Shown piece after piece: positions 8,975 through 19,279 of a DNA stretch of 64,000 nt; positions within the stretch are counted from its first letter, which is position 1, and each line of letters begins with the position of its first letter. The notes under the pieces are model-generated. The model did not search any database. It was given only the letters and a program-made list of their open reading frames with translations, and was not told the origin of the DNA. The stretch lies in contig JANJXX010000002.1 in assembly GCA_024720975.1 (NCBI GenBank), forward strand, positions 96,001 through 160,000, written 5' to 3'. The stretch comes from Thermoproteota archaeon. Its GTDB lineage: Archaea > Asgardarchaeota > Njordarchaeia > Njordarchaeales > Panguiarchaeaceae. The translations under genes were made by a program, and so were the position numbers.

Positions 8975-10009
8975 TCAGAGAACTTGTAGGTCGATACAGT
9001 AAATATATCTCCTAGGGGAAACCTCCTCGATGACCCTGCTGGATAAGTTAATAATTTTCCTATCGTGTGATTGAACAATATCCTCAATTCTATGTACTAA
9101 ACTTTCAAGCTCATCAACTCTTGAGAACACATAGACATGTATAAATCCATATGATCTAAGAACACTTATTGCTGAATCAATGAACTCTATAGAACGCTCC
9201 GGATAATTCATTATTATTCTGCTTGCCTCGTATCCCACCTCTGCGATTTTAAGTCGAGCATCGCCTTCTAGGATTGATATGCTCACTTTATTCAGCTTAG
9301 AATTTAATTTCATGAATTCTACAGCATGTTTGTTTATATCAATAGCACAAACTTGAGCGCCGGATAATTTCTTGATGAGTATAGCAAAGGGGCCGACGCC
9401 CGCAAACATATCAACAACGAATTCGTCCCTTTCAACTCGCTCGGCAATTACCAGTCTTTCATTACTTAATCGAGGATTGAAGAAAACTTTTGAGATATCG
9501 AGAGAAAACCAACATCCATTCTCGCGGTGCACAGTAAATGTATCCCCCCATCCAGCCAACTTGTGCCAAGAGGCAACTCTTTGGATCCCGTTGAACTTCT
9601 CCGCTTTGAGAAAAACTGCTCTGACACCAAAATTTTTAAGTAAAACCTTCCCGATTTCATATTCACGTCCCTGTGCAGCCTCTGGAAGTTTATTTACCAA
9701 TAGAATGTCCCCTACAAGAGTTGCACTTTTAGGAATAGGGACTCCTACACTCTTCTCAAGTTTTTTAAGGCTTATGATTTGCTTTCTCTTCGGGAAAATA
9801 TCTGGAAGCATCCACGTAATTTCGGCGTTTAATTCTTGTTTGATAAAATCAACAACGTTTCTCCCAGGGGATTCCCTAAGCGGAATGTAGACTTTATACT
9901 CAGAGAATGCTGGTTTAAGCGTTTTATGAGAGTATTTAGCCAAAGTTGCGAGAGCTTTGTTGAGGTTTTCAATTGGTAGTATTACCACCTCAACTACATT
10001 TTCAGGCAT
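8975..10009 (-). CDS. Trm5/Taw2-family SAM-dependent tRNA methyltransferase
   Basis: HRENG, KVFFNPRLSNER, VDMFAGVGPF and IIMNYP motifs. Start moved to MPENVV after the GGGAG SD. Confidence 0.88.
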   Translation of the reverse strand: MPENVVEVVILPIENLNKALATLAKYSHKTLKPAFSEYKVYIPLRESPGRNVVDFIKQELNAEITWMLPDIFPKRKQIISLKKLEKSVGVPIPKSATLVGDILLVNKLPEAAQGREYEIGKVLLKNFGVRAVFLKAEKFNGIQRVASWHKLAGWGDTFTVHRENGCWFSLDISKVFFNPRLSNERLVIAERVERDEFVVDMFAGVGPFAILIKKLSGAQVCAIDINKHAVEFMKLNSKLNKVSISILEGDARLKIAEVGYEASRIIMNYPERSIEFIDSAISVLRSYGFIHVYVFSRVDELESLVHRIEDIVQSHDRKIINLSSRVIEEVSPRRYIYCIDLQVL

Positions 10010-10104
10010 AATAGACTCCCGTTCAAAAGTTATTAACATTATAGATTCTATCAAGTAGTATCATTTTTACATCGCATTACTGAAAACTGGCAGGTGCAAC
10101 TTCG

Positions 10105-11484
10105 TTGGACAAGCTCTTCGGAACGTCTGGCATCCGCGGATCAATGAGCGAGATTACTCCGGAATTCAGTGCCAAGCTGGGTTTATGTGCTGCCGCTTTC
10201 TATGATCGGGGTTCAACTGTAATTGTTGCTCGCGACCATAGACCTCATGCTCAAATTGTTGAAATGGCTTTAATTAGTGGCTTAATAGCAGGAGGCGTCA
10301 ATGTTCTAGAGTCAGGAGTATCTCCAACACCAGCGGTTTTGTGGGCAATTAAAGAGTTCAAAGCAGACGGCGCTATTGTTGTTACAGGTTCTCATACACC
10401 CCCTGAAATCGTTGGAATACTGTTCTTCAAAAATGATACATCGGAGCTTGACAGAGACGAAGAAAAGACATTTGAGGAAATGTTCCTCAGCGAGAGATAC
10501 ACACAGGTGCCATGGAATGAAGTTGGAGACTTTGAATACGTTGATGTTAGAGAAATATACATTGAAAGAGTCCTTGGTAGTATTAAATCCGAGCACATAT
10601 GCGATTCAAGAGTTGTGATAGACCCAGGTAACGGCGCTGCTTCAGGAATTCTAAAGGAAATAGTCGAACTTGCAGGTGCAGACGTTATAGCTATAAACGA
10701 TACCCTCGATCCACGATTTCCAAAGCGTGATCCATTTCCTCGCCCTGAAAATTTAGCAAAATTGGGTGCATTAGTCAAGTCTACAAACGCTGATTTGGGC
10801 GTCGCAACTGATGGTGATGGCGACCGCGCAATATTTGCCGGTGATGACGGAAGAGTTTACTGGGGAGATATTTCCAGTGCTATGTTTGCCATTGACGGGA
10901 TAAAGAACAGAAACATTAATAGCATTGTTGTCACAATAAATACTAGTAGCATCGTCGAAATCGTCGCAAGAAAGTTTGGAGGTAAAGTACACTATTGTGA
11001 TGTGGGTCCTCCATCCATAGCCTCTAAAATGAAGGAGACTGCATCTGGATTGGGTCTTGAAGAATCGGGCAAGTACATATGGTCAGACTGCATCTTCTAC
11101 GGCGATGCTGCACTATCTACTCTTCGTATGCTAGAGTTTTTAAAGAGAACTAACAAATCGTTCTCTGACATTGTTCAGGAACTTCCTAAGCGCTATTTGA
11201 TGAAAATTGCTATTGATTGCCCCAATGAAATAAAAAGTATCATTACTAGAGAGCTAGAAGAGCGCATTGGCCGCCTCGAAATTAAGCCGATTCGTCAATT
11301 AATAAAAATTCATAATGGGTTTAAGGTTATATTCTGTGATGATTCATGGCTTCTCTTTAGACCATCAGGAACAGAACCAAAATATAGAATACATAGCGAA
11401 AGTTCAGATGAAGAAGATTCTAAATCGCTTATCTCACTTGGGTTTGAATTGGTTAGCAATATTATCAAACGTCATATAGGTTAG
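10105..11484 (+). CDS. Alpha-D-phosphohexomutase (phosphoglucosamine mutase / PMM-PGM)
   Basis: FGTSGIRG, TGSHTP, DGDGDR and RPSGTEP motifs. Confidence 0.92.
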   Translation: MDKLFGTSGIRGSMSEITPEFSAKLGLCAAAFYDRGSTVIVARDHRPHAQIVEMALISGLIAGGVNVLESGVSPTPAVLWAIKEFKADGAIVVTGSHTPPEIVGILFFKNDTSELDRDEEKTFEEMFLSERYTQVPWNEVGDFEYVDVREIYIERVLGSIKSEHICDSRVVIDPGNGAASGILKEIVELAGADVIAINDTLDPRFPKRDPFPRPENLAKLGALVKSTNADLGVATDGDGDRAIFAGDDGRVYWGDISSAMFAIDGIKNRNINSIVVTINTSSIVEIVARKFGGKVHYCDVGPPSIASKMKETASGLGLEESGKYIWSDCIFYGDAALSTLRMLEFLKRTNKSFSDIVQELPKRYLMKIAIDCPNEIKSIITRELEERIGRLEIKPIRQLIKIHNGFKVIFCDDSWLLFRPSGTEPKYRIHSESSDEEDSKSLISLGFELVSNIIKRHIG

Positions 11485-11522
11485 TTAAAAATAAGCAGAA
11501 GTGTGTCTGGCGTAAGAAGTTT

Positions 11523-13448
11523 TCAAGAACTTTTTAATTTGCTGAGAAACTTATCTAGCTCCTCTTTCAAGATTTTAGCTGCAATGTTTCCACTAATCTT
11601 ACCCCGGAATTCTTCCATGACGAGCCCCATTAGTGGCTTGAACGCATACTCTCTACGCTCAATTATTAGGTCTTTTTTCTCGTGTAACAACTTAGTTATA
11701 AAGTCCCTTAGCATCTCTTCGCTAACTTTCTGAAGCTCTAGCTCCTTGATTATTTCCTCAGCACTTAAACTTGGATTTTGAAATAATTTCTCAAGAATAA
11801 TCTCTAAGGCTTCCTTCGCAACTTTTCCAGACATTATAGCTAGCAGAACTTTAATTAACTCGTCTTCGGGTACATTTACAGCTTCAAATCCTTTCCTTTG
11901 CAAACTCGTGATCACATTTATAGATCTAATTACTAACCGTGGATCGATGCTCTTGTTAATGCTCACTTCGAAGAAGTCTGCCCATTGTGATAGGATAATT
12001 CTATGCACGTCATCATAAGGTATTTTATATTTGTTTGAAATCTCCCTCGCTATATCCCATGGGAATTTAAATTCTATCCTTGAGATTTTGCTCAATAATT
12101 CACCTTTTATCTCTATCGGAGGCGAATCTGTATCGGGATACAACCTGGCCGCGCCGCCCAGCGGCCTCTCAAAACTCGTTGTTCCATCGGGATTTGCCTT
12201 ACGTGTCTCCGAAGGCGGACCACTTAGAGCAAGTATTGCGCGCTCTTTTATCTCCTCAATTGCATCCAATACTTTAGGTTCAGGACCCACCACAACAACG
12301 ACACAATCTCTTTCTCTATCTGCTCTTGTAACATCAAAAAGCTTATTTTTCTCTTCTTCAGAAATACCGTAAGCTGGTAATTCATCTGTATGAATAATTC
12401 CGGCTAAGCCTGTTATAACCTTCACACGTTCTGCGAATTCTTTCCCGAAACGCCTATTTTTTTGGATTTCTTTTCCAAGTATACCCCCAAACCCTGGTAG
12501 TTTAAGAGCATATACCTTTTCTCCCTGAGAAATAGCCTTTTGTATAAACTTGGCTTTAGTACCCTTAAAAATATGAGTAACGTCGATGGATTTTTCATTT
12601 ATTATATCATTTGCTGATATACCCCTGCTCTTCATTTCCTTTGCAATTTCTATGAGGTTAATCTGCCTCATTATTTCGCCATCTATTAGCGGTTTGAACC
12701 ATTCGGGATATTGTACACCCTTTATTTCGACCCTCGTTCCCTCTTTTATTGATATATTTATATCTTGCCGAATTGTTCCAAGACCCCTTTTCACTCGCTT
12801 AGTCGCTCGTAATATAGCTCCTATTTTCAGTGCACACTCGAGAACTTCATCTGGAGACTCCAATTCTGCTGCTGTTGTTATTTCTACTAGAGGAATTCCT
12901 AGTCTATCCACCCTGAATACAACTTCCTCTTCGGATTCTTTTACTTTTCTGGCAGCATCCTCTTCAAGACAAAGTTGATCTATCCTAACTTTTTTTCCAT
13001 TTGAAAGCTCGAGCTCACCTTTTAATCCTATAAGAATTGTTCTCTGAAATCCACTTGGAACGCTGCCATCCAGGTACTGCTTCCTTGATACAAACAACAC
13101 ATCCGGAATTTCCATTTTAAAAATTCTTGCTAGAAGCAGAGCAGTCTCTAAGGCATAATCATCAACAAATTCTGGAGGTTTTTCATCAATCTCGTACAAA
13201 CACAAGTCCTTGTACATCTCATAGATTATTCTCCTTCTCTTCTTAAATTCTTTTATAGCTGTTGGATCTAGCTCCCCAGTCTCAGATAGCGTTGGCCTTT
13301 GAAAGCGGACTATTCTTACATCAGGTTCTCTGTCTATAAGTTCCGGCTTACAGAAGCAGAAAAGTTTTCTGGGAGAATCTAACTGCTGATGAATTTCAAG
13401 TCCAACTCTTAAACCTACTTGTTTGTAGTTTATCTCCATGGCAATCAC
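11523..13448 (-). CDS. gatE: Glu-tRNA(Gln) amidotransferase subunit GatE
   Basis: GLEIHQQL, DGSVPSGFQRT, LEEDAAR, GLGTIRQD and RLYPDTD motifs. Confidence 0.96.
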   Translation of the reverse strand: MIAMEINYKQVGLRVGLEIHQQLDSPRKLFCFCKPELIDREPDVRIVRFQRPTLSETGELDPTAIKEFKKRRRIIYEMYKDLCLYEIDEKPPEFVDDYALETALLLARIFKMEIPDVLFVSRKQYLDGSVPSGFQRTILIGLKGELELSNGKKVRIDQLCLEEDAARKVKESEEEVVFRVDRLGIPLVEITTAAELESPDEVLECALKIGAILRATKRVKRGLGTIRQDINISIKEGTRVEIKGVQYPEWFKPLIDGEIMRQINLIEIAKEMKSRGISANDIINEKSIDVTHIFKGTKAKFIQKAISQGEKVYALKLPGFGGILGKEIQKNRRFGKEFAERVKVITGLAGIIHTDELPAYGISEEEKNKLFDVTRADRERDCVVVVVGPEPKVLDAIEEIKERAILALSGPPSETRKANPDGTTSFERPLGGAARLYPDTDSPPIEIKGELLSKISRIEFKFPWDIAREISNKYKIPYDDVHRIILSQWADFFEVSINKSIDPRLVIRSINVITSLQRKGFEAVNVPEDELIKVLLAIMSGKVAKEALEIILEKLFQNPSLSAEEIIKELELQKVSEEMLRDFITKLLHEKKDLIIERREYAFKPLMGLVMEEFRGKISGNIAAKILKEELDKFLSKLKSS

Positions 13449-13551
13449 TAATTTACTCCTTTACTCTTACTATCGGAATAAATTTGGATATATTGACTAT
13501 GTACTTTGTTCTTTAGCTTTACTACTCAGCTGCATTGTACGGGTGAGGAGT

Positions 13552-14124
13552 TTGAAATTCGACATACTGCGTTGGGATGACGTGATCCGTTTATCACTTA
13601 AATTAGCAAGAAAAGTTAGCGCATCGGAATTCAAACCAGATGTTATCGTTGCATTGCTTCGAGGTGGTCTCGTCCCGGCTAGGATTCTCTCCGATGTTCT
13701 TGGAGTGTATAAGCTGTTTATCGTTGGAGTTGCTTTTTACGTTGACGTTGGGATACATGCCAGCAAGCCTGTTATAACTCAACCACTGAACGCAAATTTA
13801 GGCGGATCTAATGTGCTTATAGTTGATGATGTAGCTGACACCGGAAAGTCTCTTATCGTTGCTAAGGAGCATGTTAAATCCATGGGAGCGGGCTCCATAA
13901 AGATCGCGACCCTTCATAAAAAGCCCTGGTCAGAAATAGAACCCGACTATTTTGTATCTGAAACCAACGCATGGATTGTCTATCCCTGGGAATACGTTGA
14001 AGTCATTAAAAGTTTGGAAAGTAAGCTATCATCGGAAGCTCTTTCAGAAGAAGCGAGGGCACATATTACCGATGCATTGCGGAAAATTAGAGAGGCTCTA
14101 AGATTCTACGAGGAGCACTTATAG
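13552..14124 (+). CDS. Type I (purine) phosphoribosyltransferase
   Basis: RGGLVPA, VLIVDDVADTGKSL PRPP-binding motif, WIVYPWE. TTG start after the GGTGAGG SD. Confidence 0.9.
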   Translation: MKFDILRWDDVIRLSLKLARKVSASEFKPDVIVALLRGGLVPARILSDVLGVYKLFIVGVAFYVDVGIHASKPVITQPLNANLGGSNVLIVDDVADTGKSLIVAKEHVKSMGAGSIKIATLHKKPWSEIEPDYFVSETNAWIVYPWEYVEVIKSLESKLSSEALSEEARAHITDALRKIREALRFYEEHL

Positions 14125-14290
14125 AACAAGTACTCTGGGCTATTCCAAAGACCGGAAAATTACAGAAATAAGCGAACTTTGATGAGCGTAGAGGGTCCTG
14201 TAACTTGTACTTTGGTGTAACGTTAAACCCTGCTTCACCTACGAGAGAACCACATCGATTTGACCAACGAGGATACCTGCCACGCGGGTA

Positions 14291-17065
14291 TTAACCCAAA
14301 AACGATGATATTTCAGTCAATCCACGCGCTTTCTTCTCTAGATCTTCGATTTTCATGCCTAAGGCGTCAAGCAGTTGATCAAAAACACTACGCGTAAACT
14401 CAAAGTATTTCTCTAAGTCCACTCTCCTTCTCCATTGCTTATCTTCTTTAAGTGTCTCCACAGGCCATGGTCCGTCCTTACATTTAACATATGATATTAT
14501 TTCACCCGGAAATACTTGCCGCCGCAATTTTCTTGCAGCTTTAACGTGTTCTGGTGTGGTTTTTGTGTATTTCTCTATGGGTTTGGAAACCATAACTCTG
14601 AATGCTAGGTCTTCTAGATTGTAGTCGCCATTCATAAGTTTTCGGTAGATGCTAATTATATGTTCTCCTATTCTCTCTTTGACTCTGTCCATGTCTTCTT
14701 GTGTTCTAACAGTTCGAAGCAATTCTAAGACATTTGCGAACTCATTCTTAAGAAACTCTGGAGTGTTCCTTTTCTTTCCAAGGAGACCCTTTATATCAAT
14801 ATTTTTGTCTGTTAATAATCCGAAGTAGTTCTTCTTTCTGCTCGAGAACGCCACGAACACGTATTGCTTATCTACCTCTAAATCAACTTTTAGTTCTCTG
14901 CTAACCCAGTCAATTAGCTTGTTTATCAGATCGTCAGAGGGATTATGTATGAATATGCTGTCTGTATCACCATATATTACATCTAGATGCAACTCTTTCG
15001 CTTTTTCGGCTACAGCTAGAATTTTTTGCCTCCCGATAGCAGTTATTGATTCCGCTACTGGTAGAAAATATAGGCTGAAGTTCTCCGCACCAAAAACGCC
15101 ATAAGACGCATTTATTAGAACCTTTAAAGCACTTTCAATCGCAGAGTATAATGTTTTGAGCGCCGGGTCTTTCTCCCTTCTGGCAATTTTTTTGTAATAG
15201 TTCACTCTTAGGTCTCGAATAAATCCAACCAATGCACTTGCGAGTCCTTCTTTTTTGGTACATATCCAATAATTAAGATCGGAAATCTTGTTAGTTCGAC
15301 AATCCTTGTGCGGACACAAAACTGTTTCAAATGATATGTTATGAACTTTTATTATTGTTGGATATATCGAAGCAAAGTCGAGGACATAAACATTGAACCA
15401 AACGCCGGCCTTGGGGCGAAACACAATAGCGCCCCTGTACTTTTTACCTTTTGTTACTGGACTCGGTCTCGGAGCAATATTCGCGAGCTCCTTTTTTGAT
15501 TCTAGATCCTTTTCATTTGGGATAAGCCAGTTTCTCTCGCGAATTTCGGAGTAGAACCAATTACTAATCCAGCTGGATACACCTCGACGACTCAAATCCC
15601 TTATTGGATATCGTGTTATTCTGGAAAGGATAAGCATTATGCGCCATGGTAACCAGTCACTGAATGTAAATAAGCGGGCTGTAAGATAGGCATCCCACCA
15701 GTTATATTTTGCGATCTCTCCAAGTGTCATTTTTTCAAAGTCAACAGCTAGGTATAGCTTCCTTTCACCTAGCAAGACACGAGAGAGCTCATCTAAGCTT
15801 ACAGTTTCGTAGACGTCCTTAAATACGTATGTTTTTATTGCACCATTTGAAAAGAATTTATATAAATCTATGTGAACTCCTCGTTTCAATTCAGCAATCG
15901 TCAACTCAACCGTTCGCTTGACCGTAAATGGTATAAGTTTGCTTTCTATGCCTAATTGCTCTGCTCTAGCGTAAAGGTAATTCAAATCAAAATTGTCTCC
16001 ATTGAATGTTACTAAGATTGGTACCGTCCAGAGTCTCTTAAAAACTTCGGCTATCATCAATTTTTCCGACTTATACACGTATGCTCTAATCTTCTTCTGG
16101 TTGATGTTAATGAAACCTTTAATTACTCCATCGGTAGTTTCTTCTACTTCTATGTCCTCTAAGGTCAGTTCTGATCCCTTCTTAGAAATTCCTAACAGGT
16201 GCACTTCACCATTGAAGTCATTTGTTTCTTTTTCGTGCCATACTAGGCTTACTGAGAGCACCCTATCCTTCGGCGTGCGGAAATCTGGAAGCTTATTAGG
16301 TGGAGCTTCGACTTCTAAATCTAGTGCAATGAATCTTACCGTCGGAATTTCTTGCATTAGTATCGGAACATATTTACTCACCAGATCACTAAATCTTTTT
16401 TCAATCACCTCAAAAATCTCTGAGGGTAACTTAGTGCTGTCTACCTTAACTTTTATTGCACTTTGATTAACAGAATGTATAGCGGACGGCCACAAGTCTT
16501 TGTTATCGTATAAGTAGCATAAATAGTACTTTATATGTGCCTCCCATGAATGCTCCTCACCAATGATGGACCTCAACCCCCTTCGGCCAACTCCGCCGCC
16601 GACATCTTGAGGAGTTTTGACAATAATTTTGTTAAGCTTTACTGGCTTATCAAGTATTGGATGATGCTTCTCAACTTCAACTATGTCAATAATGCTTTCC
16701 TTTAATCCATGCGAGGCAGCTAGTTTCATAATTTCTTCTTTAGGCATATCGGTTAGCATGTAAGGATGATGTCCACTATTGTCCACTACCGTGAAAATTT
16801 CCTCAGTTATAAGGTCATAAAATTTTGCAACGACCTTATTAATGTCTGGATTATAATCTAGGCCCAGTAAAAGAGCCATTTCGGATGAGGACTTTTCATG
16901 AATCTTAAGTGCAATTTCGCTCAGCTCTTCTAGGACTTTAAGTTCGTATCCCCTAATATCAGCAGAGCGCTGCGTTGGTCTGGTTCGCTCTCTGCCTATA
17001 CTTTCTTCGGTTTTTTCCTTTTTGATGAATGAATCTAATGTTAACGCTTTGTGCATGTAATTCAC
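14291..17065 (-). CDS. polB1: Family B DNA polymerase, PolB1 type
   Basis: DLEV exo I, TFNGDNFD exo II, YRGA, DFASIYP, KVLINASYGVFG, YGDTDS. N-terminus (DNSGHHPY, WEAHIKYY) is typical of B1. Confidence 0.93.
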   Translation of the reverse strand: MNYMHKALTLDSFIKKEKTEESIGRERTRPTQRSADIRGYELKVLEELSEIALKIHEKSSSEMALLLGLDYNPDINKVVAKFYDLITEEIFTVVDNSGHHPYMLTDMPKEEIMKLAASHGLKESIIDIVEVEKHHPILDKPVKLNKIIVKTPQDVGGGVGRRGLRSIIGEEHSWEAHIKYYLCYLYDNKDLWPSAIHSVNQSAIKVKVDSTKLPSEIFEVIEKRFSDLVSKYVPILMQEIPTVRFIALDLEVEAPPNKLPDFRTPKDRVLSVSLVWHEKETNDFNGEVHLLGISKKGSELTLEDIEVEETTDGVIKGFININQKKIRAYVYKSEKLMIAEVFKRLWTVPILVTFNGDNFDLNYLYARAEQLGIESKLIPFTVKRTVELTIAELKRGVHIDLYKFFSNGAIKTYVFKDVYETVSLDELSRVLLGERKLYLAVDFEKMTLGEIAKYNWWDAYLTARLFTFSDWLPWRIMLILSRITRYPIRDLSRRGVSSWISNWFYSEIRERNWLIPNEKDLESKKELANIAPRPSPVTKGKKYRGAIVFRPKAGVWFNVYVLDFASIYPTIIKVHNISFETVLCPHKDCRTNKISDLNYWICTKKEGLASALVGFIRDLRVNYYKKIARREKDPALKTLYSAIESALKVLINASYGVFGAENFSLYFLPVAESITAIGRQKILAVAEKAKELHLDVIYGDTDSIFIHNPSDDLINKLIDWVSRELKVDLEVDKQYVFVAFSSRKKNYFGLLTDKNIDIKGLLGKKRNTPEFLKNEFANVLELLRTVRTQEDMDRVKERIGEHIISIYRKLMNGDYNLEDLAFRVMVSKPIEKYTKTTPEHVKAARKLRRQVFPGEIISYVKCKDGPWPVETLKEDKQWRRRVDLEKYFEFTRSVFDQLLDALGMKIEDLEKKARGLTEISSFLG

Positions 17066-17220
17066 ACGAAATGAGAGAACCTGAGTTGAATCCCTAGTTT
17101 CAGACTACTAGAGAAAAATAATGATAGAAAAATAGAAAAATTTATTCATTTCGGCATGCATAATTTTCGCTATAAGGTAATACCTCGCTATTAGCTTGAT
17201 TAGAATTCGTTTAGCGCAAC

Positions 17221-17529
17221 TTAGATTATGTTAGTCATTAGCTTATTATTGAGTATCATTAAGTGAACAATAACACCTATGAAAAAGAGCTTAGTCATGG
17301 GCTCGCTCTGATATTCTATTAAGTATCTGTAAACGGCAACCAGAACTGTGCTATCAATTACTACTAGACCATACACCATAATATAGTGTATGCATAGACA
17401 AGCGAATACATTTAGGATTGTAATCAACATGAGGGTATCTTGTAACAAATTAGGATATGCTGCCGTAATCACAAAGATCAGCTGTAAGTTGAACCCAATA
17501 TCCAGCAGCCGAGTTACAATCTTAGCCAT
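17221..17529 (-). CDS. Small hypothetical membrane protein
   Basis: 102-aa hydrophobic ORF preceded by a GGTGA SD. Confidence 0.5.
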   Translation of the reverse strand: MAKIVTRLLDIGFNLQLIFVITAAYPNLLQDTLMLITILNVFACLCIHYIMVYGLVVIDSTVLVAVYRYLIEYQSEPMTKLFFIGVIVHLMILNNKLMTNII

Positions 17530-17587
17530 TATAATTCACCAAAATCTTAGGTTTCATATTGCAATTTATGCGATGAACGTGTAAACT

Positions 17588-18526
17588 ATGCCTCCCCCCA
17601 TTAAGATCTTTTTCCTGGGAACTGGTGGCACCGCTCCATTTAACCTTAGAAAGATGCCTTGTATTGCCTTGAAGTATGAAGGTTACTTAATAATATTCGA
17701 TTTGGGAGAGTTCTGTCAGTTCAGTCTAATTGAAAAAAGATTACATCCGTTCCGTTCTAAGACTTATATACTGATAAGTCATCTACATGCAGATCACGTA
17801 GGGGGTCTCCCCACATTTCTACACACATTTAATCTAACGCAGACTGCAAAACCAATACATATCGTTGGACCAAGCGGTACGAAGATCTTCCTGGAAACAA
17901 TTATAAACACTTTTGGAATAGATCCTGTTAAGAATAAGCTGAGAATTCTGGAAGTTACTCCGGAAAATCACTGCTGTGTAGCAGCAGTCAGGGAGCGAAG
18001 CTTTACTATATATGCATTCAAAACTGAGCACAGTATTCCTTCCTTGGGTTATGTTTTCCAGGAAAGAGATTTTAGAAAGTTTGACGATGAGAAGGCCAAG
18101 CAATACGGAATCCCAAGAACACGCATACGAAAGCTACTTTTGAGGGGTAAATCAGTTGAAGTCCTTGGCAAAATCATCCATCCTGACAATGTTACAACAA
18201 TAATACCAGGAAGAAGAATAGTTTATACGGGAGACACACGCCCACTCCAATATCTGGCAGAAATAGCAAAAAATGCAGATCTGCTAATCCACGAAGCAAC
18301 TTTCCTAAAGGAACACAAAAGTTCAGCAGACGCAAAGGACCACTCGACGATTGAGGAAGTAATTGAAATTGCAGGAAAAGCAAACGTTAAAACTTTAGCC
18401 CTCGTGCATATATCCCCAAGATACGCAAAGAAACTCGACGCAATAGCTGAATACACTAGGGAGCTTTCAGTACAATTTGGCATTAAGCTGATAATTCCTA
18501 ATGATGGAGACGAGATAACAATATAG
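17588..18526 (+). CDS. rnz: Ribonuclease Z
   Basis: FLGTGG, HLHADH, YTGDT, HEATF and HISPRY motifs, plus exosite arm. Confidence 0.94.
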   Translation: MPPPIKIFFLGTGGTAPFNLRKMPCIALKYEGYLIIFDLGEFCQFSLIEKRLHPFRSKTYILISHLHADHVGGLPTFLHTFNLTQTAKPIHIVGPSGTKIFLETIINTFGIDPVKNKLRILEVTPENHCCVAAVRERSFTIYAFKTEHSIPSLGYVFQERDFRKFDDEKAKQYGIPRTRIRKLLLRGKSVEVLGKIIHPDNVTTIIPGRRIVYTGDTRPLQYLAEIAKNADLLIHEATFLKEHKSSADAKDHSTIEEVIEIAGKANVKTLALVHISPRYAKKLDAIAEYTRELSVQFGIKLIIPNDGDEITI

Positions 18527-18537
18527 GGATTCCATTA

Positions 18538-19107
18538 ATGTTAAGTTCATATCAGGTGAGACCTTTGGAGAGCATGAGTAAAGATGCTATGTTAGCTTAT
18601 CATGAAGTAGATTTAAAAACAAGAAGAACAATCCAACCTGAGCTGGGTGATCTTGCACTTGGTCAGGTAGTTAACGTCGGCGACAAAATAGCTACATTAC
18701 TAATTTCGATGATATTTCGAATTCAAAGAGAAGGGGAACTCAATCGCCTAGTAATTCTAAGGCCTCCACCACCCACACACGCAAATATATTCAAGGGAGA
18801 TGTATCTTTTCCATGCGTGAATCTAGTCGATATTATCAAAACAGGAGACATTATCCTAGGCCGCGTAAAAATAGCCTGGTTTAAACCCATCTTCATGAGT
18901 TTAGACACCGAAGAAACTGGAGTCGTGTCCGGATTATGCAGCAACTGCGGGTTAGTGATACCGACACCATGCGATCTATCAAAGCAGACTTTAATATGCC
19001 CTAGATGTGGTGGGTCTAGAAAAACAAAAATTTCCAAGCTTTATAATCCCATGCTATGGCGAGAGATCTACCACATTAACAGAGTGCGGACACTTCCACC
19101 ACTATAA
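18538..19107 (+). CDS. csl4: Exosome RNA-binding subunit Csl4
   Basis: S1-like region (GDIILGRV), GVVSGLCSNCG...CPRCG...KTKIS Zn ribbon. Confidence 0.75.
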   Translation: MLSSYQVRPLESMSKDAMLAYHEVDLKTRRTIQPELGDLALGQVVNVGDKIATLLISMIFRIQREGELNRLVILRPPPPTHANIFKGDVSFPCVNLVDIIKTGDIILGRVKIAWFKPIFMSLDTEETGVVSGLCSNCGLVIPTPCDLSKQTLICPRCGGSRKTKISKLYNPMLWREIYHINRVRTLPPL

Positions 19108-19279
19108 CCGATTCACACATGCTAGGATACATTAATCATTCATAATCCTGCTGATCTTGTCCTAAATAAGCTAGAGCACGGGTTATTATCGATAAGAGAC
19201 TTGTATTATTAAAGGCATATGTACCATACAATAAATAGACTACTAACTACTATAGGCTAGACTACGTAGGAGGATCTGT

